From Octopus sinensis (Eukaryota), in contig NC_043008.1 in the NCBI RefSeq assembly GCF_006345805.1, positions 16,864,001 through 16,928,000 on the forward strand: a DNA stretch of 64,000 bases, given 5' to 3'. Below, in pieces: positions 52,058 through 64,000 of the stretch (position 1 is the stretch's first letter; every line of letters starts with the position of its first letter). The notes beneath the pieces are model-generated. The model did not search any database, was not told the origin of the DNA, and saw only the letters and a program-made list of their open reading frames with translations. A program made the position numbers and the translations under genes.

Positions 52058-52812
52058 TGCATCTTAGATATTTTTCTGTATTTCACTTTTGCTTATATCT
52101 TAACCAGAAAGCATCAAAGTTATAAAACATTTATTTAAAAGTAATGTTACGTTTACTGCAACTTCTTGAAAAAGTTTTTGTTCAAAGAAATTTATGGAGT
52201 CGATGAGTTCCGACGCAATAATATATTATGCTGCAACAATTTATTCTCAACACTAAAGGAAAGGCAAGCAAATAATACGATATAGGTTGGATATGAACGC
52301 AGAACCGAAAGATCTGCACACTTGACTACCACATATCAATTACAACATACTTAATTCTACTGATTTAGAAAAGAAACAATGAAGTTCTAAGTTCATCAAC
52401 CTGAGTAGAAGGAACAGACTGTCTGATTATATTGTTATAATATGTCAGTGATAGACAATCAATGTTGTGTTGGGTGGAGGAGAAATAAGTATCAAAGAGC
52501 GCAGAGAAATCGATGCAATTTACAATAGACGTACGTAACAGCTCATTGATAAGAAATAAAGAACTCTGTATATAATAGCAGACATGGTCAATCAATCAAT
52601 TAAATGGCCTTTCAGGAAGATATATGACCGACCATAGTAATAAGATGAGTGAGGAATGTTGACTCTGTAAGTGGGAGTATTCATTAGTCAGTAAGCTAGT
52701 TGATGAGTGTCGTAATGTTGAGAGGATGTGAGATCAGGATGAGCCGCCACTAGAAGATGGCTTTGAATACCGGTAGCAGCTGCTGTCATTTCATCTATCT
52801 ATCTATCCATTC

Positions 52813-52875
<63 letters not shown>

Positions 52876-52884
52876 CATCCATCC

Positions 52885-52915
<31 letters not shown>

Positions 52916-54514
52916 CCCACTTCTCTCTCTTTCTCTCTCTCTCTCTTTATATTAGATAGATAGATAGATACACAAATATATATATACACACACACACACA
53001 TACATGTAATATAATATATATATATATATATATATATCATATATATATATATATATATATATATTATACAATACACACACACACGTGTGAGTGTTTGTGT
53101 GCGTGTACAAAATGCCCCTGAAGAAAAGCGTTCTTCCCACATTGTCTTACTTCTGACGTCTATGAAAGGAAATTGTAATTAAGAATCCAAATTAGTTTAT
53201 TATTCTTGAAATTGCTATTGCTTTTATCCAAGTAATTTCTTTCGTTTTTACTTTATATGTATAAACTTTCCAGAAGATTTTTAGGTTTCAACTACATTGT
53301 CTATATATTAAACAAAATAATGACCCAGTTTCAAATATGGATTTGTTTACATGGATACACGCCTACAGGGTCTCAGATCTTCCACAGTGCTAGTTTAGTA
53401 GTTGCTGTCATCTCAAGAACAGCTCTAACCGAACATAACTAACGCCATGATCATATTGCCTTTCAGTTTATATATCTACAACTCTGTTGTTATATGTGAC
53501 CTTATCCTTTTAAAGACAGGGGTATGTGCTTTAAGGGAAATTTGATTGCAAACTATCAACAGATCAAGTAGCAGCCACGATTTACATTGATATCTTAGCT
53601 GCATGAAAAATAATAATCTCCTGCACAATTTTAACTTAGTATTTAAAGTAATCTACATGCATATGTTGGAGAACATTTAGCCGGTGGCATTACCATTTCT
53701 TTTACTCGTCGTGTTTACTTAATAATGAACTCAGCTGTTATATCAGCATGTAAAAAAAACATAAAGAATACAGCACGATTTTCCATACAAAATTTCTTTT
53801 CTTGAAAAAAATCATTCTTCACCATACTTATGACTAAACTTCCTATAACAAGATTCTCAGTCTCCTTCTGGAAACCAACTGACTTCAAGAATAACTACCT
53901 CGTTTGACACACTTCTATTAAAGCTGTGTCTTCTAAAAATGACAAAGTTACAGTGACGGTTCACCATGATCTCATACCTACATCAATTGGCTTACTGACC
54001 CATGAGTCAAAATTTCTCTCCTAAGCTAATCTTAAAATTGTTCTTCCATTAACAAACAAATAGACAGATCGAATAAAGTAGTTTCAAAACACGCTATACT
54101 TACAGAGATAATGTCATTGGTGAATATTTTAATCGTAACGTATGTGTAATTACGACATACTAAGCGTTAAATTACAAGAACGACAACGTAACGAATAAAT
54201 TAAGGACGAGTTAAGATTCAGTGCTCTAAAAATTAGATTTGATATTCTTGGTAGAGTTTTCAAGATAACGGCAGCAATCTTTGACGTCGTAATTGATTTT
54301 TGTTAGGGAGTAGCTCAGGAGCGTTGAATCAGTGTCTGTGACATAAGGCACAACGAATATCGCAAGAAACTGAGCATTACAATACAGGAGTATACACTCT
54401 CTGGCTCATCATTCTATCATTCATTGATATAGATTGCCGAAAGATATAGGTACAATTATTGATCCATTTATCTATCTAAGCGCGCGCACACACACACTCA
54501 CACGCGCGAGCGCC

Positions 54515-54590
<76 letters not shown>

Positions 54591-54989
54591 TTTTATTCTC
54601 TTTTACTCTTTTACTTGTTTCAATCATTTGACTGCCGCCATGCTGGAGCACTGCCTTTAGTCGAGGAAATCGATCCCAGGACTTATTTTTTGTAAGCCTA
54701 GTACTTATTCTGTCGGTCTCTTTTGCCGAACCTCGAAGTTACGGGGACGTAAACACACCAGCACACGATGTGTAAGTAAAAATTGCAAAACCAACACACC
54801 CAAAACAAAGCACGTTGGAATCGAACCAAGGGCCTTCAGATTTGCTATTGAACTTTTAACTATGCAACAATGTTAGCAAGAATAAATTCGAAAACATTTT
54901 AAAGTTGGTGGTCCGTCACAGAATTGTATGAAAAGAGGGAAATCAAGAGAGTGTCGATAAATGGTAATAATGGTAGTTGTGGGTGGTCA

Positions 54990-55660
<671 letters not shown>

Positions 55661-55756
55661 TTATATTCTTGTGGTGAACAAGCGAAGATATGCCAAACCG
55701 TGACTCTACACGCTTTTATGCTTACAGAAAAGAACACACAAACACACACTTGCCCG

Positions 55757-55813
<57 letters not shown>

Positions 55814-56361
55814 AACACTACCTGATGCAAGTGAAGTCATAGATGCATACTAACTAATGTGTGAACATTTACGTTGAGTATTGATCGGCTAGAAATTCCA
55901 GCGCAATCACCCTCAGATTTCGTATTCTCTTTAAAGAAAACTAAAAAAAAGAAGTAAATAAATAAAGGAAGGCTATATATTTTGGGTGATATAGTTATAG
56001 TTAGACACAGAACGTCTGGAAAAATAAAAGACAGGATGATATAGGTTGAAACGACTTTGATCATTGATCTAACCTATTTGAACAGGTCCTGACCTGGGGT
56101 TAAGCAGCAAACATCAATAAAAACAATAATAAATCACTAGACACACAAATACAAGACGGCAGAGAGAGAGAAAGGAGGGGAAGAGAAAGGGTGATGGAAA
56201 GAGAGAAACAAACAGACAGAGAGAGATGCACGAAGGCAGAGGGAGAGGAAGAGAAGGAAGGAGAGAAGGAGAGAGAAGAGCTAACACATATCGTAAAAAC
56301 AAGCAAGGAAAACATTAAAACTCACTATGAATCAGGAAATACATATTTCATAATTTTATTA

Positions 56362-56395
<34 letters not shown>

Positions 56396-56544
56396 CATTA
56401 TTATTGTTATTATTATCGTTGTTATTATTATTAGTGTGTGAAAGCGGTTTGGTGTGAAATACTTTTTGTCTAGTTATCTTAACCTTTTTAACTTTCAAGC
56501 ATAGAATTGATTGCATTTTTCATGTTTTATAAATAACTGCTTGA

Positions 56545-56945
56545 AGGCGAGATGTCCGGTGGTTAAGGTAAATGCACTCAAGATAGCTACCTAGATCGGG
56601 GGGGGGGGGTCGATTCCCGAACCGGACGACGCGTTGTGTCCTTGAGCGAGCTCGGTTCAAAGTCTCCCTTGACCACAAATGGCCTGAACTCTTTGCATGA
56701 ACACCACCCTGTACATAATTCCATGTCCCCCTACATGGCCTTGCTTTTTGCTTTTTGAGCCAAAAAATTAACTAAATAACTAACTAACTAACTAACTAAC
56801 TCCATTTCACGTTGCTCCAGTCCATTCAAGTGTAAATGGATAACTCTGCAACGGACTGGCCTCGCGATCAAAGGAAATATGTTGGCCTCTGCACCTAACC
56901 AGCGGGATGGCATCATTTGAAAGCTAAAACGACGCAAAGCTCATC
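56545..56945 (+). mobile_element. tRNA-derived SINE (62996-type body) interrupted by a LINE-like 3' end
   Basis: GTCGATTCCCGAACCGG...GTGTCCTTGAGCGAG, an insert, then ATTTCACGTTGCTCCAGTCC. Confidence 0.75.
56652..56798 (+). mobile_element. Probable 5'-truncated LINE 3' end with (AACT)n tail
   Basis: About 147 bp with no counterpart in the 62996 copy, ending GAGCCAAAAAATTAACTAAAT(AACT)n. Confidence 0.55.
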
Positions 56946-58272
56946 CAGATAGGCTGGTCGATCACATGACAAATAACCGCAGCAATGGCTGTGCGGTGAA
57001 GAAGTTCATTTGGCGACCACATCGTCTCGGGTTCAGTTCCAGTGTGCGGAACATTGATCATGAGTCAGTAACTATAAAAGCCTCCGGCTGACCAAGAACT
57101 TCTGAGCGGATTTCGCTGACGGAAACTGCGTGGGATTCGATTGTGTGAGTATGTGTGTGTGTTTGTGTAGTACTTGTTGAAGTTGTTGTTGTTCTTGTTG
57201 TTCTTGTTGATTTTGTTGTATCAAAATAAGGATAAGGAGAAAGGCCTGGAACAAAAGGTTGGATATTAACAACTTTGAAGTCGGGATAACTTGATATATT
57301 CAGGTATATATGCAGTTATGTATACAGGTAAATATAATATATTTTGCATATATACATATGCATATACATATATCTTCTGCCACATTTAGTTATTCGATTG
57401 TGGTCATACTGGAGCACACCTTGAACAATTTTAGTCGAACGAAATGACCCCGGAACTTACCACTTAAACGATATTCTAATAAAATAGCATTTCGAAAAAT
57501 TGGTAATAACTGCTGTTTGATTTTATGAGCCAAAACCCTTTTAGGAGGTGCTCCAGCATGGCCGAAGTCCAATAACAATAACAGAAGAAAGATTAAAGAT
57601 TTGTGAAATAGTTATCCACCTTTATACTCATTGAATGAGCAATCGCTTCAATTGCAACAATCAATGCAGAGATCGTCGAAAGTGACGGTGATCCGTTTAG
57701 TTGTATGAGTATATCTTTCTATTTATCTGTGTCCATATAGATCCGCTGCACCCAGTCGTGTGTGAATCAATAAAAATATATTAACCAGAATATTTATGTG
57801 TGTACGAATGTATGTGCTTACATGTATACGTATATAATATATATGCGAGTGTATATATTTGTATGTTGCCTCGATGTATGTATATCGTCAATTGATCAGA
57901 CCCAGCAAATAAAAAGTAAAAATAATAATAATGATAACAACAATAAAGAAAAGGAGAAAAAAAAGAAGAAAAAAATCAGTTAGTCCAGGCCTGAATGCCT
58001 GTTTCTCACATCACTGAGCATGTCGAAAGTCTTCGTTCATTTCCGCCACAACTTCCGTTAATTCCCGGTCTCAGGACCGTCTTCATCTCTTTTTCATCTT
58101 TTGACCTTAAACTCATATATTAACCCGCTCCCATTATATCATGTCGCATTCATATTTTTCTTGACTTTCTTCTTAATGATATCCACGATGACAATCTCTA
58201 TATATAATTATATCTCATTAATTTTCTCTTATTTTCTATCACTACCTACATGTAGCCACCATTTTCCTTCAC

Positions 58273-58340
<68 letters not shown>

Positions 58341-58529
58341 CTTATCTATGTCTATTTTAGCTGTTGGTTTAGTAGTTGCATTCTGTTAACATCTCTTAAT
58401 GTATGGGCAATTATACTGTCCCACCTAATTATAAGTTCCCCCTTCTTGTACCCAAACACACCACACATTGTAGAATGTCCTTGTGATGCACATCCCTCAT
58501 CTATATCCCTGTGGCAAAGAGAACAAATC

Positions 58530-58576
<47 letters not shown>

Positions 58577-58578
58577 TA

Positions 58579-58870
58579 GGCGCAGGAGTGGCTGTGTTGT
58601 AAGTAGCTTGCTTACCAACTACATGTCTTCTGCTATAGCCTCGGGCCGACCAAGGCCTTGAAAGTGGATTTGATAGACGGAAACTGAAAGAAGCCCGTCG
58701 TATATATGTATGTATATATATATATATATACCAATAATTAAGGGTTTAGCAACAAGTTGCTTAACCACATACCCATATGTGTGTGTGTTTGTGTGTCTGT
58801 GTTTATCCCTTCCAAAATCACTTGACAACCGATGCTGGTGTGTTTACGTCCTCCTGATGCTGGTGTGTTT
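58579..58870 (+). mobile_element. Rearranged family A SINE
   Basis: Head joined directly to GTCTTCTGCTATAGCC (deletion); a second degenerate head fragment sits inside the microsatellite. Confidence 0.8.
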
Positions 58871-59482
58871 GTGCAATACCCACTTCTCTCTCTTTGTGTG
58901 TGTGTGTGTGTGTGTGTGCCCACTCACATTCTGTATATTTGCTTATAATATATAACATATAAGTTTATGTATACATACATGTGCACATTATCATACGGGT
59001 GTCTGTATGTATATATTCATTTATTAGTCGTGGGTGAAAGCACTTCCTGCGACCCTTACAGGGCTCCAAGTGAGATGTCGAAGGAGGGAAGGAGCTATCT
59101 TGAAAGAGGAATCCTCGACCGGATTACTGCGACAGTGTGGGTCCCAGAAAACGTACACAATGTTCAGGCTGGTTATGTCTAACTGGCACCGAGTTAATGC
59201 TCACCACCCATGAAGGTCATGGTGCGATTTGAACTCAGGGTGAGGGGGAGAGAGAACGACGAAAAGAATTTCTGCGTCAAACGTATTCTGTCCAACGTCA
59301 TAAGGACTCAGGCAATTCGACAAAGTATGTTTGCGCGCGTGCGTATGCTTGTGTGTATGTGCGTGCGTGTGTAAGCGTGTGTGTGCGTGAGTGTGTATTT
59401 TGTATGTATATTCTATACGTATCATACATAAATATTTACATGAACATGTGTGTATATATACACACGTATATATATACATACG

Positions 59483-59557
<75 letters not shown>

Positions 59558-59642
59558 ATATATATATATTAAGGATTTTAAGGATATATATATATTTATA
59601 CATACGTATATATATATATGTATATATATATTTATAGATACG

Positions 59643-59680
<38 letters not shown>

Positions 59681-61583
59681 TACATATGCATTATATATAT
59701 GTAAACACATGTACACGTATGTATATGTCTGTATATGTATATATCTGTGTCTGCGTATAAGAGTTTATGTGTGTTTATGTGAGTGTGTCCGTTTCGTATA
59801 CGAAACAGCAATTATAAATCTCAATCCGTAAGTGTATATATATATATATATATATACACACGCAGACACACAAACACACACACACATGCATGCATGTACA
59901 AACTCGCCGGCGCTATTATTTCTGTTTATCAGAAAAAAAAGGTTACCACAGTGCGCCGTGTGCCTCGAGTCTCGTGCACAGCAGATGTCCTGATAAGTTT
60001 GACGACTACCAGGGACGAAATTCTTGAACCATGAGTCACTTTTTAACCTTCCACCGATCAAATGTGTTTTCCCTTTTGTGAGGGGGCGTGAGTGTGTGTT
60101 TGCGCATGTTTGGATATGTATGTATATGTATGTATATGTGTATATACGTGTGTTTCTATATGTATGCATGTATGTATATGATATATTCATACATATCATT
60201 TATTTTGTAAACTTTCATCTTTTACTTGTTTTAGCTATAGGAGTGCGGCCATGCTGGTGCATCGCCTTGAAGGAGGTTCGTCGAAAAAATCGACACAAGT
60301 AATTCTTCTTCATAACCTGGTATTTCATCTATCAGGCCCTTTTTGTCGAATCCCTAAGTTACAAGGACGTAAACAAACGAATATGAACAATCGAGCGATG
60401 GTGGTTAACAAAATCACACGCAAACATATACATACATACATACATACATACATACATGTTCTCATATAGACAATCACTCACACACACACGCATACATACA
60501 TATATGTTTACATACAGACACTCACACTCACGCATGAGAGTGTATTCACATATACGTATTAACAGAAACATACGAATGCACACACATATACACACACACA
60601 CATAATACTTTCATATACATATATATACATATATAAACACATTTGGATATATATATATACACACACACATACGCACACACATACACATACATATATATAT
60701 ATATACATATATATGTACATACACAAACTTACATACATATATATACATTGACACGTACACACAAACGCACACATACATGTATACATGTATGTGTGTGTAT
60801 GTGTGTGTGTGTGTGTGTGTCAAATGCACGACCAGGATTTCACAGGCGACTTCTCAACTATAAATAAAAAACATCTCAATTAGCCTCCAAACTTCGTCCG
60901 CAAACACATTTCTATCTTAACATACAAATAATTATTTCTGTGCTTATATATTCTTCTGTCCAGTCCGTCCCTAAACGTTTGTGCGTTTTAATTCTTTGTG
61001 ATTGTCTGTAACTTTATTTATTGAGCGTGCATTCGTTAAACTAATTCAGTTCCAGACTTTATGTTCTACCATTTAGGAGATAGACACAGAATTAAAGACA
61101 TATGTTAAAAGAGAGCCATTGCCAATTAGATCCTGCATAAATTTCACCGTTAAAGGTGACCGCAGTGACATTCTCATTATTGTGATATGCTATCTGATTT
61201 TATCCGTACACCAGAAGATAATATCTATACATACACCCACGATACACAAATACACACGCAAGCACACACATAAAATAAAAGGATTATATTGCATATAACA
61301 TGCTTTATAAGCATTGTAGATTCTAGTACACACCAATACGCACATGCAAAAATGCTCATACACACACAACACATCTCGCTTAAGTAGATTACTCATTCAT
61401 CACTCATTTGGATGCAAGCAAGTTTTCTCGCAAATACGCAGACACACATATCAGGATATACACAATGTGATAGGAGAGTCTCTATGTGGTAGCTCAATTT
61501 TGTAGAAATAGCAGTCAAATTCTCCTTTGTATACTATTATAAATAGGGTTGTAATTTCAGGCGACTTAAAGACCCCACTTTGG

Positions 61584-61918
61584 TCATAAATGACAATAGG
61601 ATTGCACCTAGACGGTTCCCCTCCAAAGCGCAAGTCCGGGCAAGGTTGTTTATGGTAGACCAGCAGTCACCCATGCGTATCAGTCTCCTCGCTCCACGCC
61701 ACCGATGTTATCCAAAGGCCAGTTACAGCTTGGTGCCAGTGACGTCACAACTCATTTCTACAACTTTCGCTTGGGCAACATCTCTGGTGTGGAGAGTGGT
61801 GTCTAGTATGCGTGGCCGACTGCTGGTCTTCCATAAACAACCTTTCTTGGACTTGTGCCTCGGAGGGGAACTTTCTAGGTACAATCCCATGATCATTCAT
61901 GACAGAAAACTGTCATGA
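61584..61918. repeat. Inverted repeat with arms of about 135 bp and a 52-bp spacer, plus a terminal 9-bp hairpin
   Basis: 61584-61717 pairs with 61770-61902 (AAGGTTGTTTATGG.AGACCAGCAGTC / GACTGCTGGTCT.CCATAAACAACCTT); TCATGACAG-AAAA-CTGTCATGA at 61897-61918. Confidence 0.88.
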
Positions 61919-62995
61919 CCCTTTAATTTCAGGCAGATTTGGTTGCTAGTTCTCATAGCACTAACATTTGCGCGGAGAGTAATATTTTTTAAGAGCAATT
62001 AATTTAACCGAAGATAGAATGCCCAAGATTTTAATTTTTTTTATTGTTTCTGAATTTTTCCTTCACACGAGCACGTACCCTCGATACATAACTAGAAATT
62101 CCGACAATGGGCCATCCGGATTTTAAAAAAATAATTTGGGGCTTCCCTTCCTCACAACTTTATTTCTGTGCAGCAAACAAAAACAATATTTGTTAGAAAC
62201 CAGAAACAAATATTTTCTTTTATTCTTTTACTTGTTTCAGTCATTTAACTGTGGCCATGCCGGAGCACCATTTTGGGGTTTTAGTCAAAGAAATTGACCC
62301 TAGCTGAAGATATCACGCAGTAGGACAGAACCCGAAACAATGCGGTTGGAAAGCAAGCTTGTTACCATACAAGCACCCCTGTGCTTATTATCTCTAATTC
62401 TTGTTGCACCGCAGCTAGGCCGGAGCATTTTTTTTCCATGTTTCAGTCATTCGCAAAAAAAAATCACTACTAATTTCAACATTGTACTTATTTTATGTCT
62501 AGATTTTGCTGAAACACTATCTCATGCATTTTGAGTCAACACCAGATAGAAATAATATCCATTACGAGACAACACTACAGGGCAAACAAAAAAGAAATCA
62601 CAAAAAAAACAAAAACAAATTTGATAACCGAAACACAAGACATGAAATTCAAAGTTGACCTTGGCGTGTATCGACCGGACAGGTTGAAAACTAAATACAG
62701 TTACAGACTCTGGACGCTGTTCTTAATTATTTCAGTAAATTCTAATCGCTATTTATAACCATTGATTTATTAGATAGGTACAATGTCTCAAGATTTTACT
62801 TATTTCCTTCCGAAGACATCTATGGACTACTGAACCGAAATATTATTTTCTAGTTTTCGCCACGTTAAGCGAACGAAAGACACAGCTTAACCCATCTCTT
62901 TCCCCAGACTCACCACGATATCAGTTGATTAGTTGAATGTTAAGGAAATTTCCTCGCAAGCCTAATAGAAAATTAGCTACAGTAGACAGCAAAAT

Positions 62996-63251
62996 GTGGA
63001 GGCGCGTGGATTAGTGGTTAGGGTGTCAGCACCATGATCGTAAGATTGTGGTTTCGATTCCTGGACCGGGCGACGTGTTGTGTTCATGAGCAAAACATTT
63101 CATTTCACGTTGCTCCAGTCCACTCAGCTGGCAAAAATGAGTAATGCTGCGATGGACGGGCGTCACGTCCAGCTGGGGAACATACACGCCATAGAAACCG
63201 GAAAAAAGGGCCCATAAGTCTGGCTAGGCTTTAAGAGGGCGCATTTATCTT
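62996..63251 (+). mobile_element. tRNA-derived SINE, full length, with 13-bp TSD
   Basis: GGAGGCGCGTGGATTAGTGGTTAG head; GGTTTCGATTCC B box; TSD TAGACAGCAAAAT at 62983-62995 and 63252-63264. Confidence 0.92.
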
Positions 63252-63353
63252 TAGACAGCAAAATACTCGTTATATTTTTAGTGATGCTGTTGATTGTAGC
63301 ATTAAGTTCTTCCACCCTATCATTCATTCCTAACATGCTAGGCGCCTCTATGC

Positions 63354-63400
63354 CAGTGCTTCTCAACCAGGGTCCGCACAAACCTTGAGGGTCCATATAA
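63354..63400 (+). mobile_element. Possible hAT (Charlie-like) MITE left end
   Basis: CAGTGCTTCTCAAC terminus; a possible decayed right TIR at about 63838-63852; no TSD found. Confidence 0.35.
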
Positions 63401-63405
63401 GGGTT

Positions 63406-63800
63406 TATTCTTTTCTATCCCTTTATTTGTTTCAGTTATTTGACATGATGGAGCACCGCCTTCATGGATTTTAGTCGAACAAATCGACCCCCAGGACTTA
63501 TTTTTTAAGCCTAGTACTTATTCTCGCTGACTCTTTTGTTGAACCGCTAAGTTTTGAGGAGGTAAACACACCAACACCGGTTGTTAAATAGTGATTGGGG
63601 AGCAAACACAGACACAAAATACACATAGATGGATATATACATATATATACAACGGGTTTCTTTCAGTTTCCGTCTACCAAATCCACTCTCAAGTCTTCGA
63701 TCAGCCCAAGAATATAATAGAAGACACATGCCAAGGTGCCAGGCAATGGGACTGAACCTGGAACGATGTAGTTGAGAAGCAGGCTTCTTACCACACAGTA
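63406..63800 (-). mobile_element. Family A SINE, diverged full-length copy
   Basis: Reverse complement of tail, body, microsatellite and head in the correct order. Confidence 0.85.
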
Positions 63801-64000
63801 ATGCTGCAATGTTGTTTTTTGCACGCTTATTCTGCAAGTCTTGAGAAGGACGTTGGTGAAATGCCACTTCATGAAAGCTTGTTCTGTGACAGTGACATTG
63901 CTGGAGAATATACCACCCGAGGCACCCTTTGTGTTTGCCACCCCTCTCCACCCCACCCAAGGTCGTATAGGCTTATACAACATATCTAAAAGTGAAACTC

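Noticed and set aside
52365-52770. Minus-strand frame faintly resembling a LINE APE endonuclease (SVIYLP, NIDCLSLT)
   Set aside because: The diagnostic GDFN and SDH motifs are missing and there are in-frame stops; it cannot be supported without an HMM search.
58055-58100. Minus-strand CGGTC-CTGA-GACCG hairpin flanked by GATGA and GAAT
   Set aside because: Both halves of the hammerhead core deviate and there is no stem I.
58967-59182. 71-aa ORF with a GC-richer second half
   Set aside because: It starts in a microsatellite, has no recognisable homology and only a weak acceptor.

Overview
This is an AT-rich, microsatellite-saturated stretch of eukaryotic DNA. The repeat families look like those of an Octopus (coleoid cephalopod) genome; that is inferred from SINE sequences I recognise and was not confirmed by a search. 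I could not support any host protein-coding gene, and almost all listed ORFs are artefacts of translated microsatellites or SINEs, so the window is probably intronic or intergenic. It contains: (A) a tRNA-derived SINE with an internal (TA/TG)n tract and a (GTAAAAGA)n tail; (B) a second tRNA-derived SINE found as monomers, dimers and trimers; (C) modular SINEs with a GGAGGCGC head and swapped tails; the 3' end of an RTE-like LINE with two C2H2 fingers; mariner- and piggyBac-type MITEs; an LTR remnant with a tRNA-Ser primer-binding site; and three long fold-back inverted repeats. The first main signal is several unrelated small elements inserted in microsatellites, each with a minimal type I hammerhead-ribozyme fold, a palindromic stem III and variant catalytic cores (Penelope-LTR or retrozyme-like). 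The second is family B arrays built at two fixed internal junctions, which suggests the SINE inserts into its own copies.
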